From positions 339,752-403,751 of the forward strand of contig DASRGG010000021.1 in the NCBI GenBank assembly GCA_035651155.1: 64,000 nt of DNA, given 5' to 3'. Below, piece after piece: positions 1 through 9,633 of this stretch; positions within the stretch are counted from its first letter, which is position 1; each line of letters opens with the position of its first letter. The position numbers were made by a program, and so were the translations under genes. Below the pieces are notes generated by a model that did not search any database, was not told the origin of the DNA, and saw only the letters and a program-made list of their open reading frames with translations. The stretch is from Candidatus Limnocylindria bacterium (lineage in GTDB: Bacteria > Chloroflexota > Limnocylindria > P2-11E).

Positions 1-183
1 GGAGGGGTTGGTTGAGGCCGAACTCGGTGCGCAGCGCGTCGATGTCCTGCTCGGTCGCATCCTGCGGTGCGAGCACGGCGATCGGGTCGCCGGGGATGGC
101 GTGCAGGATCGCGAACGTCATGAGCGACACGCCGACGAGCACCGGCACGAGCTGTACGAGCCGTCGCAGGGCGTAGCGCAGCA
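1..183 (-). CDS. ABC transporter permease, partial (N-terminus only; DppB/OppB-like)
   Basis: Reverse-strand translation gives (V/M)LRYALRRLVQLVPVLVGVSLMTFAILHAIPGDPIAVLAPQDATEQDIDALRTEFGLNQPL, the classic N-terminal TM1 plus periplasmic-loop signature of oligopeptide/dipeptide ABC permeases. GTG start overlaps the stop of the upstream gene (TAGTG). Runs off the window edge. Confidence 0.5.
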
Positions 184-1044
184 CTAGACCCCCAGCGCGT
201 CCCCGATCGCCCGCGTGACGAGCGTCGCGATGAGCTCGCGCCGGTAATCGGCCGATGCGTGGATGTCCGATTCGACGTCCGCGCCCGCGGCCGCGAGCCG
301 CGCCGCTTCGGCGATCCCCGCCGCGCCGCCGGCCGCCACGAGCGCGACCTCGGCCTGGGTCGCGCGCACCGGCGTCGGACCGCCACCGGCGATGGCGATG
401 CGGGCCGAGGTCACTGCACCCGACCCGACGCCGAGGACGACGCACACGGCCGCGAGCGCGAAGTCGCCGCTGCGCCGCGTGAACTCGGTGAAGGCCCATC
501 GCTCGTCCTCGCGCAGCCACGGGAACCGCACCTCGACGAGGAGCTCCGCAGGACCGAGGGCGGTCTGGAGGTACGACACGAAGAGGTCCGACGCGCTCAC
601 CCAGCGCTCCCCGGTCGCGCTCGCCAGACGCACGCGGCCGCCGAGGGCGGCCAGCGCCAGCGGCAGCTCCGCCGACGGATCGGCGTGCGCGATGCTCCCG
701 CCGACGGTGCCGCGGTTGCGGATGGTGCGGTGCCCGACGTTGCGGATGGCGTTAATGAGGAGCGGGCAGTGGCGCGCCACAAGCGGCGAGCGCTCCGCGT
801 CGCTCTGGCGGACGAGCGCGCCGAAGCAGAGCTCGCGGGTCGCGGGATCCTCGGCGATGGCGGCGAGGCCGGCGACGTTGTTGATGTCGATGATCAGCTT
901 CGGCCGCGCGAGCCGGAAGTTCAGGAGCGGGACGAGGCTCTGGCCGCCCGCGAGGACCTTCGCGTCGTATCCGTGCGCCGCGAGGAGGGCGAGCGCCTCT
1001 GCCTGCGTCGCCGGCGCGCGGTACTCGAAGCGCGGGGGCTTCAC
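184..1044 (-). CDS. FAD-binding molybdopterin dehydrogenase medium subunit (CoxM/XdhB-like)
   Basis: 286 aa; N-terminal FAD-binding motifs (AGGQSLVPLLNFRLARP, GTVGGSIAHADPSAE) typical of CO-dehydrogenase/xanthine-dehydrogenase medium subunits. GTG start overlaps the stop of the large-subunit gene. Confidence 0.8.
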   Translation of the reverse strand: MKPPRFEYRAPATQAEALALLAAHGYDAKVLAGGQSLVPLLNFRLARPKLIIDINNVAGLAAIAEDPATRELCFGALVRQSDAERSPLVARHCPLLINAIRNVGHRTIRNRGTVGGSIAHADPSAELPLALAALGGRVRLASATGERWVSASDLFVSYLQTALGPAELLVEVRFPWLREDERWAFTEFTRRSGDFALAAVCVVLGVGSGAVTSARIAIAGGGPTPVRATQAEVALVAAGGAAGIAEAARLAAAGADVESDIHASADYRRELIATLVTRAIGDALGV

Positions 1045-3371
1045 GTGACACCCCGCGCGAGCGCGCGCACTCGCTCGGGCGTGAACGGGAGCTCGTACAG
1101 CTCGCCGACGCCGTCGAGGGCATCGACGATGGCGTTCCCGATCGCGGCGGGCGCCCCGATGATGCCGCTCTCGCCACAGCCCTTCATGCCGCCCACGGTG
1201 AGCGGCGAGGGTGTCTCCATGTGCAGCACGTCGATGGGGCAGATCTCACCCATCGTCGGAATGAGGAAGTCCATGAAGCTCGCGTTCGCGAGCTGGCCGT
1301 CGCCGTCGTACTGCACCTGCTCGAAGAGCGCCTTCGCGATGCCCTGCGTCGCGCCACCGCGGATCTGCCCTTCGACGATGAGCGGGTTCAGCATGCGGCC
1401 GGCGTCCTCGGCGACCACGTAGCCGATGACGCGGACCTTCCCGGTGACCGTGTCCACCTCGACCGCGGCGGCGTGCGACGCGTTCGAGGACACACCGTTC
1501 GAGGGCGGGTCGTAGAACGCGGTCGCCTCGAGGCCGGGCTCGAAACCAGCGGGCACCGAGCCCTCGCGCCGGTACGCGACCCAGGCGAGCTTCTTCACGC
1601 TCACCGTGTGGGACGGGTCCGCAAGCACGTACGCTTCGCCCGTGCGCAGGCCGACGCCCTCGACCCGCTCGTCGAGGAGGTGCGCGGCGAGCTGGAGGAG
1701 CTTCTCGCGCAGCTTGCGCGCGGCGAGGAGGACCGCGCCTCCGCTCGACACCGCGGTCCGGCTGCCGGTCGACCCCATCCCGTACGGCACGAGGTCGGTG
1801 TCGTTGTGCCGAACCGTGATGTCCGCGACCTCGACGCCGAGCTCGTCCGCGGCCAGCTGCGCGAGCGAGGTCTCGATGCCCTGGCCCATGCCCGCCGCGC
1901 TGCTGAGGACGGTGACGTGGCCGCGGACGTCGAAGCGGATGAGCGCGCCATCGTACCCGGCGATCGAGTAGAGCTTGCGTGGCATGCGCCGCACCGTGCC
2001 GACCGCGCACTCCTCGGCGAAGCTCGCGACCCCGAGTCCGATCCGGGTCGTGCCGCGCATCGTGCGCTGGCGCGCGCGCAGGGCGTCCCACCCGAGCCCC
2101 TCGATCGCCATCTCGAGCGTGCGCACGTAATCGCCGCTGTCGCGCTCGAGACCGGTCACGGTGCGGAAGGGCATCTGCTCCGGGCGCAGCAGGTTGCGCC
2201 TGCGCAGCTCTACGCCGTCGATACCCATCTTCCGCGCGAGCATGTCGACGAGCCGCTCCATAGCGAAGTTCGCCTGTGATCGCGCGACGCCACGGATCGG
2301 ACCGTGCGGGCATGTGGTCGTGACGACCGCGCGCGCGTTGTAGCGGTAGTGCGCGAGCGCGTACGGGCCGACGATGCACGACGCGCTGTTGAGAAGCTCG
2401 TTGCACGGTGTGTCCGGGAAGATGGAGTACGCGCCGCCGTTGAGCACGATGTCCGATTCGAGGCTGAGGAAGCGCCCCTCCGGGTCGGCCGAGAGGCGCA
2501 GCCAGATGCGCTCCTCCTGGCCATGAGTGCTCGCGAGGAAGTTCTCGCGCCGGTCCTCGATCCACTTCACCGGTCGCCCGAGCCGCCGCGCGAGCGCGCA
2601 CACGACGACCTGCTCAGGATCCATGTTCGCCTTGTTCCCGAATCCGCCGCCGACGTCGGGGCCGACGACGCGGAGCTCGCTCTCGGCAACTCCGAGGCAG
2701 TCGGCGAGGCCATAGCGGAGCACGTGCGGGAGCTGCGTGCTCGTCCAGAGCGTCGTCCGGCCGGTCCCCGCGTCGTGGTCCGCGAGCGAGCCGCGGCACT
2801 CGATCGGCGCCGCCGCGCTTCGCTGGGTGCGGAACGTCGCCTCCACGACGTGCGCCGCGCGCGCGAGCTGCGCGTCGACGTCGCCGAACGACTTTTGCTC
2901 CCGGACAAAGAGGTTGTCCGGCAGCTCGTCGTGGATGCGCGGCGCCTCGGGCGAGAGCCCGTCCTCGATCGTGACGACCGCCCGGAGCGGCTCGTACTCG
3001 ACCTCGACGAGATCCGCCGCGTCCTCGGCCACGTAGCGGTCGATCGCCGCGACGACGGCCACGGCCTCGCCGACGAAGCGCACCTTCCCGACGGCGACGA
3101 CCGGCCAGTCGGACTCCAGGTAGCCCGTGCCCGCATACGGCGTGCGGATCGGCCGCACCCACTGCGCGAGATCGTCACCGGTGAAGACGCCGACCACGCC
3201 CTGTACCGCGCTCGCCGCCGCGACGTCGATGCGGAGCAGTCGCGCGTGGGCGTACGGGCTGCGGACGAAGGCGAGGTGTACCTGTCGCGGGAGGTTGAGG
3301 TCGCCGACATAACGAGCCGCCCCCGTGACAAACCGTGGATCCTCGAGGCGGCGGACCGCGCGGCCGGTCAC
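1041..3371 (-). CDS. Xanthine dehydrogenase family molybdopterin-binding large subunit (CoxL-like)
   Basis: Long ORF whose N-terminal region reads (M)TGRAVRRLEDPRFVTGAARYVGDL, the canonical start of aerobic-type CODH/XDH large subunits, with MoCo-binding regions downstream. The track ORF extends to 3632, but its first ~85 codons look like non-coding read-through. Likely GTG start near 3371; an alternative GTG lies near 3413. Confidence 0.8.
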   Translation of the reverse strand: MTGRAVRRLEDPRFVTGAARYVGDLNLPRQVHLAFVRSPYAHARLLRIDVAAASAVQGVVGVFTGDDLAQWVRPIRTPYAGTGYLESDWPVVAVGKVRFVGEAVAVVAAIDRYVAEDAADLVEVEYEPLRAVVTIEDGLSPEAPRIHDELPDNLFVREQKSFGDVDAQLARAAHVVEATFRTQRSAAAPIECRGSLADHDAGTGRTTLWTSTQLPHVLRYGLADCLGVAESELRVVGPDVGGGFGNKANMDPEQVVVCALARRLGRPVKWIEDRRENFLASTHGQEERIWLRLSADPEGRFLSLESDIVLNGGAYSIFPDTPCNELLNSASCIVGPYALAHYRYNARAVVTTTCPHGPIRGVARSQANFAMERLVDMLARKMGIDGVELRRRNLLRPEQMPFRTVTGLERDSGDYVRTLEMAIEGLGWDALRARQRTMRGTTRIGLGVASFAEECAVGTVRRMPRKLYSIAGYDGALIRFDVRGHVTVLSSAAGMGQGIETSLAQLAADELGVEVADITVRHNDTDLVPYGMGSTGSRTAVSSGGAVLLAARKLREKLLQLAAHLLDERVEGVGLRTGEAYVLADPSHTVSVKKLAWVAYRREGSVPAGFEPGLEATAFYDPPSNGVSSNASHAAAVEVDTVTGKVRVIGYVVAEDAGRMLNPLIVEGQIRGGATQGIAKALFEQVQYDGDGQLANASFMDFLIPTMGEICPIDVLHMETPSPLTVGGMKGCGESGIIGAPAAIGNAIVDALDGVGELYELPFTPERVRALARGVT

Positions 3372-3537
3372 GGAGCCGGCGTCCGCGACGATCGGGTGGG
3401 TGGCCGTGACCACGATCGGATTATCGCGTCGCGGCGGTCGCGGGGTGCAATGTGCGCTGCGCCTCGCAGTGCACCGCAGCAGTGTGTCGGACGGCCATTG
3501 CCGCGGCTCTCGCTCGCACCGTCGAATATGGGGGCTG

Positions 3538-4203
3538 ATGGCCGCACGCGTCGTGGACCTGAGCCACACGATCCGCAACGGGATGCGCGCGTACCCCGGC
3601 ATCCCCGCGCCCGCCATCGACGCATTCCTCACCCACGAGCAGTCGCGCGCGCGCTACCAGGGCCAGTGCGAGCTGACCTTCTCTCGCGTGTCGATCGTCG
3701 CAGGTGTCGGGACGTACCTCGACAGCCCTTACCACCGCCAGGCCGGCCTCCCCGACCACGCCACGCTTGCTCTCGACAGGCTCGTCGATCTCCCGACGGT
3801 CGTCGTCGACATCACGCACCGCTCGGGACGTGCCATCGACAGTGACCTGCTCGGCTCCGATCTGCCCCAGGCTGGTGCGCTCCTCCTACGCAGCGGAATG
3901 GACGCCGACTGGGAGACCGACCGCTACTGGACCGATGGTCCCTTCCTCACCGCGGCGGCCGCCGACCGGCTCGTCGCCGCGCGCATCGCCGTCCTCGGGG
4001 CGGACTTCCTGAACGTCGACAACACCGGCGACCCGCGGCGTCCCGTCCACACCGGACTCCTGCGGGCGGGGATCCCCATCATCGAGAACCTCCGTGGGCT
4101 CGGCGCCCTTCCGCGGACCGGCGCGCGCCTCCATGTCGCGTCGATCCCGTTGGAGGGTGTCGCCTCGTTCCCCATCCGCGCCTATGCGATGCTCCCCCCA
4201 TGA
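3538..4203 (+). CDS. Cyclase family protein (kynurenine formamidase-like)
   Basis: Begins MAARVVDLSHTIRNGMRAYPG, followed by HEQSRARYQG and DFLNVD, typical of the putative cyclase (PF04199) family. Stop overlaps the next start (ATGA). Confidence 0.7.
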   Translation: MAARVVDLSHTIRNGMRAYPGIPAPAIDAFLTHEQSRARYQGQCELTFSRVSIVAGVGTYLDSPYHRQAGLPDHATLALDRLVDLPTVVVDITHRSGRAIDSDLLGSDLPQAGALLLRSGMDADWETDRYWTDGPFLTAAAADRLVAARIAVLGADFLNVDNTGDPRRPVHTGLLRAGIPIIENLRGLGALPRTGARLHVASIPLEGVASFPIRAYAMLPP

Positions 4204-5063
4204 GCCGCATCGTCCGCGTCGCCGCCGCGCAGCTCGGTCCCTCGGGCACGAAGAGCGAGAACGCCGAGCGCATGATCGGCCTCCTCGAGCGAGCTGCGAA
4301 GCAAGGCGCGCAGATCGTGGCCTTCCCGGAGCTCAGCCTCACGCCCTACTTCTGCATCAGGAACGAGCGCGGTTATGAGCAGTACTTCGAGCCCGTCGAC
4401 AACGAGCACCTCAGGTCCGTGGCGCGCCGCGCGGGACAGCTCGGCGTGGCGACCGTCATCCCGTTCGCCGAGCGCGACGGGATCCAGCTGTTCAACTCCT
4501 GCGCCGTCTCCGACGCGACCGGCCGGCTCGTCGGCCGCTACCGCAAGATCCACATCCCCGGCGCCTTCCCGTTCCAGGACCGCGGCGCCCTGGTATTCGA
4601 GAAGCTCTACTTCACGCCGGGCAACCTCGGATACCCGGTGTTCGACCTCGGCTTCGCACGGATCGGCGTGCAGATCTGTTATGAGCGCAACTTCCCCGAG
4701 GGGTACCGCATCCTCGCGATGCGCGGCGCGGAGATCGTCTTCACACCCACGAACCTCATGCGCATCGGGAGCGTCTGGCACTCGGGCACCTGGGAACTCG
4801 TACTGCGCGCCCGCGCCTACGAAAACGGCATCTTCGTCGTCGGCGTCAACAAGGCCGGGAGGGAGTGGGACCTCGACTACGTGGGCGATTCGCTCGTGGC
4901 GCGACCGACGGACGGCGAGGTCATCGCGCGCACCGAGGCCGCGACGGACGACGTGCTGGTCGTCGAGTGCGACCTCGACGAGATCGCCGAAGCACGACGC
5001 CGCCTCCCGTTCATGCGCGACCGCCAGCCGCTCACGTACGGCCCGCTCCTCGAGCGGGAGTAG
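4200..5063 (+). CDS. Carbon-nitrogen hydrolase family protein (N-carbamoyl-D-amino-acid hydrolase-like)
   Basis: Nitrilase-superfamily catalytic triad context: FPELSLTPYF (Glu), RKIHIPG (Lys), GVQICYERNFPE (Cys). Confidence 0.8.
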   Translation: MSRIVRVAAAQLGPSGTKSENAERMIGLLERAAKQGAQIVAFPELSLTPYFCIRNERGYEQYFEPVDNEHLRSVARRAGQLGVATVIPFAERDGIQLFNSCAVSDATGRLVGRYRKIHIPGAFPFQDRGALVFEKLYFTPGNLGYPVFDLGFARIGVQICYERNFPEGYRILAMRGAEIVFTPTNLMRIGSVWHSGTWELVLRARAYENGIFVVGVNKAGREWDLDYVGDSLVARPTDGEVIARTEAATDDVLVVECDLDEIAEARRRLPFMRDRQPLTYGPLLERE

Positions 5064-5119
5064 CGCGACCCCCCCCCCGCTCAGCAAACGCGCGAAGTGA
5101 TCCGCGTGCGCCGGACGAC

Positions 5120-6103
5120 ATGACCGCCGTCGCCTCGACGAGCCGCAGCGTGCCATCGCGCGCGGATCGCATGCGTGGCACGATCTGGGGACAGTTCGTC
5201 GGCGACGCGGCGTGCGTGGGCGCGCACTGGATCTACGACCCCGAAGAGATCGCGCGCCGGTGGCCGGGGGGCCTACGCGGGTTCGAAACGCCGTGGCCCG
5301 GTCACCATCACGCGCGGCGCCGCTCCGGGGACCTGACGCACTACGGCGACATGGCGCTCCTCCTCCTCGAATCACTCGTGGAGCGGAACGGCTTCGATGC
5401 CGCCGACTTCGGTCGTCGATTCATCGAGGCGGTCGCGTCGCCCGAGTACATGGGCTACCGCGACAAAGCGATGAAGGGCACGCTCGCGCGCTACGAGGCC
5501 TACGTCGCGACACACGGTCCGGCCACCTTCGACCACCAGCAGGGGGCCGAGGACTTCGAACCCGCCACGGTGTCGCGGCTCGCTCCACTGGTCGTCGCAG
5601 GCCTGTCGGACGAGAACGTCGTCGACCGGCACACGCGCGTGACGCAGGATCACCCCCGGGCGCTCATCTACGCGCGGTACCACGCGCGCGTGCTCTGCGC
5701 GCTCGTTGACGGTCACGCGCTCGCCGACGCCTTCGCTCTCGCCACGAGCGCGCTCCCGACGGACGGATTCGGCGAGGAGCTGCGCGTGTCACTCGCGCGC
5801 GTACGGGGGCCGCTCGCCGGCGCGGACGTGACCGACGCGACGAGGACGCTCGGTCAGCACTGCCGGCTCGATCAGAGCCTGCCGGCGGCCATACACGCCG
5901 CGCTTTCGTACCCGACCGACCTGCGCGCCGCGGTCCTCGCTACGGCCCGCGCCGGTGGCGACAGCGCGGGCCGGGGGGCCATGATCGGTGCATGGCTCGG
6001 CGCGTCGCTCGGGGTCGGCGGCGTGCCGGCGGAATGGCGGACCGCGCTCGCGGCCCACGAGCGGATCGCCGCGCTCGTGGAGCGGCTCGTGGCACGCGCC
6101 TAG
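5120..6103 (+). CDS. ADP-ribosylglycohydrolase family protein
   Basis: GQFVGDAACVGAHWIYD N-terminal motif and C-terminal GGDSAGRGAMIGAWLGASLG metal-site motif of the ARH family. ATG at 5120 follows a C10 homopolymer. Confidence 0.75.
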   Translation: MTAVASTSRSVPSRADRMRGTIWGQFVGDAACVGAHWIYDPEEIARRWPGGLRGFETPWPGHHHARRRSGDLTHYGDMALLLLESLVERNGFDAADFGRRFIEAVASPEYMGYRDKAMKGTLARYEAYVATHGPATFDHQQGAEDFEPATVSRLAPLVVAGLSDENVVDRHTRVTQDHPRALIYARYHARVLCALVDGHALADAFALATSALPTDGFGEELRVSLARVRGPLAGADVTDATRTLGQHCRLDQSLPAAIHAALSYPTDLRAAVLATARAGGDSAGRGAMIGAWLGASLGVGGVPAEWRTALAAHERIAALVERLVARA

Positions 6104-6232
6104 AGCCTGTGCCCGCTGCACACGCGGTCCAGCATTTCTGTCGCCAGCGGACATTGCCGCACCGCCGCGCGAAACGAAGACTTCGCCGGCAGAGCCTGAA
6201 GATTGGGGGACCTGGGGTTGGGCCAGCAGCAC

Positions 6233-7228
6233 GTGAGATTCGGCATGCGTCTCATCGACGATCTGGGCGGTCCGCGACAGCTCGTCGAGCTCGCGATCCT
6301 CGCGGAGCAACTGAAGTTCGACACGCTCCTCTTCCCCCACGACATGTTTCGGTTGAACTCGTGGGCACTGCACGCTGCGGTCGCGCAGGCGACGAAGAAG
6401 ATCGAGCTCCACATCCGCTCGAACGTCTACACGATGAGCCCCGCGGAGATCGCGACGTTCGTCGCCACGCTCGACGACATCGCGCAGGGCCGGACGGCGA
6501 TCACGATCGGGCTGCACAACTTCGACACCATCACCTGGCTCGGCATGGAGAAAGGTGACGTGTTCCAGCGCATCCGCGAGGCGGCCGACATCGTGCGCCG
6601 TCTCCTGCGCGGCGAGGTCGTGAAATACGACGGGCGGATCTTCAAGGGCTGGACCGAGAAGGCGTACCTACGCGTGAAGCCATACCGCGCGAACGTCCCG
6701 ATCATGATCTGCCCGGTCGGCGAGGACTTCCTCGAGCTCTCGGGCGAGATCGGCGACGGTACGCTTCCCATGGTCACACCCCCCGAGTCCGCGAAGCTGA
6801 TCATGGAGCCCGTGCTGCGCGGCCTGAAGCGGTCGGCGGATCCGGGCCGGAAGTTCGACAAGTGCGCCTTCGTCTGGATGTCGATCTCGGATGACCGCGA
6901 CGAGGCGCGAGAGCTCCTAGCCGACGTCGTCGCCTATTTCGGCACGTACCTCGACCCGCGCGCGCTCGCGGTCATCGGCCTCACCGTGGCCGACTACCAG
7001 CTCGCCTACGAGCGTGCGATGGCGCGCGACACCGAGGGCGCGCGGCGTGCGCTGACGCCGCAGCACCTGAAAACCGGAATCTACGGCACGCCCGAGGACT
7101 GCGTTCGCCAGCTGCAGCCGGTCATCGACGCGGGCTTCGACCACATCTCTATCGGCGGCCCGCTCGGCCGCCGTCCTGCGGAGGCGATGAAGCTCATCGC
7201 GGAGCGCGTCGTCCCCGCGTTCCGGTAG
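6233..7228 (+). CDS. LLM class flavin-dependent oxidoreductase (luciferase-like monooxygenase)
   Basis: MRFGMRLIDDLG start and TIM-barrel LLM motifs (ITIGLHNF, GDGTLPMV). Possible GTG start at 6233 or ATG at 6245. Confidence 0.8.
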   Translation: MRFGMRLIDDLGGPRQLVELAILAEQLKFDTLLFPHDMFRLNSWALHAAVAQATKKIELHIRSNVYTMSPAEIATFVATLDDIAQGRTAITIGLHNFDTITWLGMEKGDVFQRIREAADIVRRLLRGEVVKYDGRIFKGWTEKAYLRVKPYRANVPIMICPVGEDFLELSGEIGDGTLPMVTPPESAKLIMEPVLRGLKRSADPGRKFDKCAFVWMSISDDRDEARELLADVVAYFGTYLDPRALAVIGLTVADYQLAYERAMARDTEGARRALTPQHLKTGIYGTPEDCVRQLQPVIDAGFDHISIGGPLGRRPAEAMKLIAERVVPAFR

Positions 7229-7232
7229 CGAG

Positions 7233-8435
7233 GTGCAGGTCGCGCGACCGGCGCCGCTCGCCCGCGGACTGAACCGCTCCTCGACCGCGGACCTCGAGGC
7301 CGCGGTGGAGCGCCTCCTCTCCGAGGGCGTAGACGTCTGCCGCCTCGGGCTCGGCGAGCCCGACACGGTCGTGCCCGCGCACGTGCAGGAGGCGGCCATC
7401 GCCGCGATCCGCGAGAACTTCAGCCATTACACGAGCACCGCCGGCATTCTCCCCCTCCGCACCGCGATCGCCGCGCGCCTCGAGGAGGAGATCGGCGTCG
7501 CCTACGAGCCGTCGGAGGTCATCGTGTCCACCGGCGGGAAGCAGGCGATCTTCAACGCGCTCGGCGCGCTCGTCGCGCCTGGGGACGAGGTGCTCATCCT
7601 GGTCCCCTACTGGGTCTCGTTCCCGGAGATGGTCCGCTTCCTCGGCGCGACGCCGGTCTTCGTCGAGACGGGGCGCGAGTCCGGGTACCGGGCGACCGCC
7701 GCGGACATCGAGCGGCACGTCACGCCGAGCACGCGCGTCCTCATCCTCAACAGCCCGAACAACCCGTCGGGGGCCGTGTACGCCTCGGCCGAGCTCGCGG
7801 CCATCGCCGAGGTATGCCGCCGCCGCGATCTCTGGGTCGTGAGCGACGAGGTGTATTCCACCTTCGTCTACACGGCGGAGGGTCACCGCAGCATCGCGGC
7901 GCTGCCGGGCATGCGCGAGCGGACCGTCGTCGTGAACGCCGCGTCGAAGACGTTCGGCATGACCGGCTGGCGCGTCGGGTACGCGGCCGCTCCGGCGGCG
8001 GCCGCTGGCACGATGGTCACGCTGCAATCACACGTCACGAGCAACGTGAACACCATCGCACAGCGCGCGGCGCTCGCGGCGATCGGCGGACCGCACGCGT
8101 GGCTCGACGGAGTGCGCGCGGACTACGCACGCCGCCGCGAGGAGCTCGTGCGCGGCGTGCGCGCGACGCGGGGTCTCACCGCGGAGCTGCCCGACGGCGC
8201 GTTCTACGTGTGGGCGGACACCTCGTGGTGGAGTGGCCGCGAGCTCGCAGGCCGGAAGATCCGCGACGCGGGAGATCTCGCCGCGCTGCTGCTCGAGCGC
8301 GCGCGCGTCGCGGTCATGCCCGGGGCCGCGTTCGGCAGCCCCATGCACCTGCGCCTTTCGTTCGCCGCGGCGCCGGCCGAGCTTGCCGAGGGGGTCCGCA
8401 GGATGCAGGAGCTCCTCGGGACCGTGACCGCGTGA
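7233..8435 (+). CDS. Pyridoxal phosphate-dependent aminotransferase (class I/II, aspartate aminotransferase-like)
   Basis: 400 aa; SNPNNPSGAVY and the PLP-lysine context NAASKTFGMTGWRVGY. GTG start. Confidence 0.85.
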   Translation: MQVARPAPLARGLNRSSTADLEAAVERLLSEGVDVCRLGLGEPDTVVPAHVQEAAIAAIRENFSHYTSTAGILPLRTAIAARLEEEIGVAYEPSEVIVSTGGKQAIFNALGALVAPGDEVLILVPYWVSFPEMVRFLGATPVFVETGRESGYRATAADIERHVTPSTRVLILNSPNNPSGAVYASAELAAIAEVCRRRDLWVVSDEVYSTFVYTAEGHRSIAALPGMRERTVVVNAASKTFGMTGWRVGYAAAPAAAAGTMVTLQSHVTSNVNTIAQRAALAAIGGPHAWLDGVRADYARRREELVRGVRATRGLTAELPDGAFYVWADTSWWSGRELAGRKIRDAGDLAALLLERARVAVMPGAAFGSPMHLRLSFAAAPAELAEGVRRMQELLGTVTA

Positions 8436-8863
8436 GGATCGACGCGAGCTACACCTACCCGGCCGCGCCCGCGCAGGTCTGGGCGAGGCTCCTCGACCCC
8501 GAGTCACTCCGCGCCTGTATCCCAGGATGCGAAGCGCTGGAGTCGATCGGCCCGGACCGTTGGAACGCACGGCTGAGCGTCGGCGCCGGCCCCATCCGCG
8601 GCACGTACACCGGCGCCGTCGCGATCACGGGCAAGCGCGAGCCGATGTCGTACACGCTCGAGGTCGAGGGCCGCGGCAGCCCCGGCTTCGTGAAGGGAAG
8701 CGCGCAGGTCACTCTCGTCCCCGACGGCGTCGGGACGCGGGTCGACGTCGTCGCGGACGGGCAGGTCGGTGGCACCGTCGCGGCGGTGGGCCAGCGCATG
8801 CTCACCGGCGTGGCGAGGAGCCTCATGGGGCAGTTCTTCGACTGCCTGCGAAGCCGGCTGTGA
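8432..8863 (+). CDS. SRPBCC family protein (CoxG-like carbon monoxide dehydrogenase subunit G)
   Basis: 143 aa starting (V)RIDASYTYPAAPAQVWARLLDPESL, with the CoxG/polyketide-cyclase-like fold signature. GTG overlaps the upstream stop. Confidence 0.65.
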   Translation: MRIDASYTYPAAPAQVWARLLDPESLRACIPGCEALESIGPDRWNARLSVGAGPIRGTYTGAVAITGKREPMSYTLEVEGRGSPGFVKGSAQVTLVPDGVGTRVDVVADGQVGGTVAAVGQRMLTGVARSLMGQFFDCLRSRL

Positions 8864-9633
8864 GGCGCGTCGCCATCGTGATGGCCGCGAGCGACGGCCT
8901 CGGCCGCGCTGCGGCGGAGGCGCTCGTCCGCTCCGGGCACGCAGTGGTGTTCTGCGCGCGGCGACCGGACCGCGTGAGCGCGACGGAAGAATCGCTGCGC
9001 GGGTCGGGTGGCGAGGCCGTCGGGGTCGTCGCTGACGTCACGAAGCCCACGGATCTCGAGGGCGTCTTGGCCGTCGCCGACGCGCGCTTCGGTCGCCTCG
9101 ACGTCCTCGTGACGAATGCCGGCGGCCCGCCGCCCGGCGCGCTCCTTTCGGTCACCGACGAGCAGTGGCAGGCGGCGTTCGAGCTCACGCTCATGAGCGC
9201 GGTGCGCGCCATCCGGCTCGCGATCCCGCGCATGAAGAAGAACGGCTACGGCCGTATCGTCGCCATCGGCTCGTCGTCGGTGCGTCAGCCGCTCGAGAAC
9301 CTCGTGCTGTCGAACGCGATGCGGCCGGCCGTCGTCGGCGTCGTGAAGAGCCTCGCACCTGAGATCGCGGCGGAGGGCATCACCGTGAACGTCGTTTCCG
9401 CGGGCCGCGCCGACACGGAGCGCGTGCGCCAGCTCGACGAAGGTCGAGCGAAGGCGCGCGGACTTTCGTACGCGGACTACCGGGCGTTGGCCGAGCAGCA
9501 GATCCCGATCGGGCGGTACGCGAAGCCGAGCGAGGTCGCGGCGCTCGTCGCGTTCCTCGCCTCCGAGGACGCCGCCTACATCACCGGCCAGAGCATTCTC
9601 GTCGACGGCGGCATGGTGAGGTCTCTGCCGTGA
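8860..9633 (+). CDS. SDR family oxidoreductase
   Basis: Rossmann N-terminus RRVAIVMAASDGLGRAAAEAL, NAG motif VTNAGG, and C-terminal ITGQSILVDGG. Confidence 0.8.
   Translation: MRRVAIVMAASDGLGRAAAEALVRSGHAVVFCARRPDRVSATEESLRGSGGEAVGVVADVTKPTDLEGVLAVADARFGRLDVLVTNAGGPPPGALLSVTDEQWQAAFELTLMSAVRAIRLAIPRMKKNGYGRIVAIGSSSVRQPLENLVLSNAMRPAVVGVVKSLAPEIAAEGITVNVVSAGRADTERVRQLDEGRAKARGLSYADYRALAEQQIPIGRYAKPSEVAALVAFLASEDAAYITGQSILVDGGMVRSLP

Noticed and set aside
1221-3162. Multiple 100-500 aa ORFs on both strands inside the CoxL gene (1221..2279+, 1246..2601-, 2304..3845+, 2567..3331-, etc.)
   Set aside because: Typical high-GC shadow ORFs with Arg/Ala/Gly/Pro-dominated composition. They overlap a well-supported molybdoenzyme gene.
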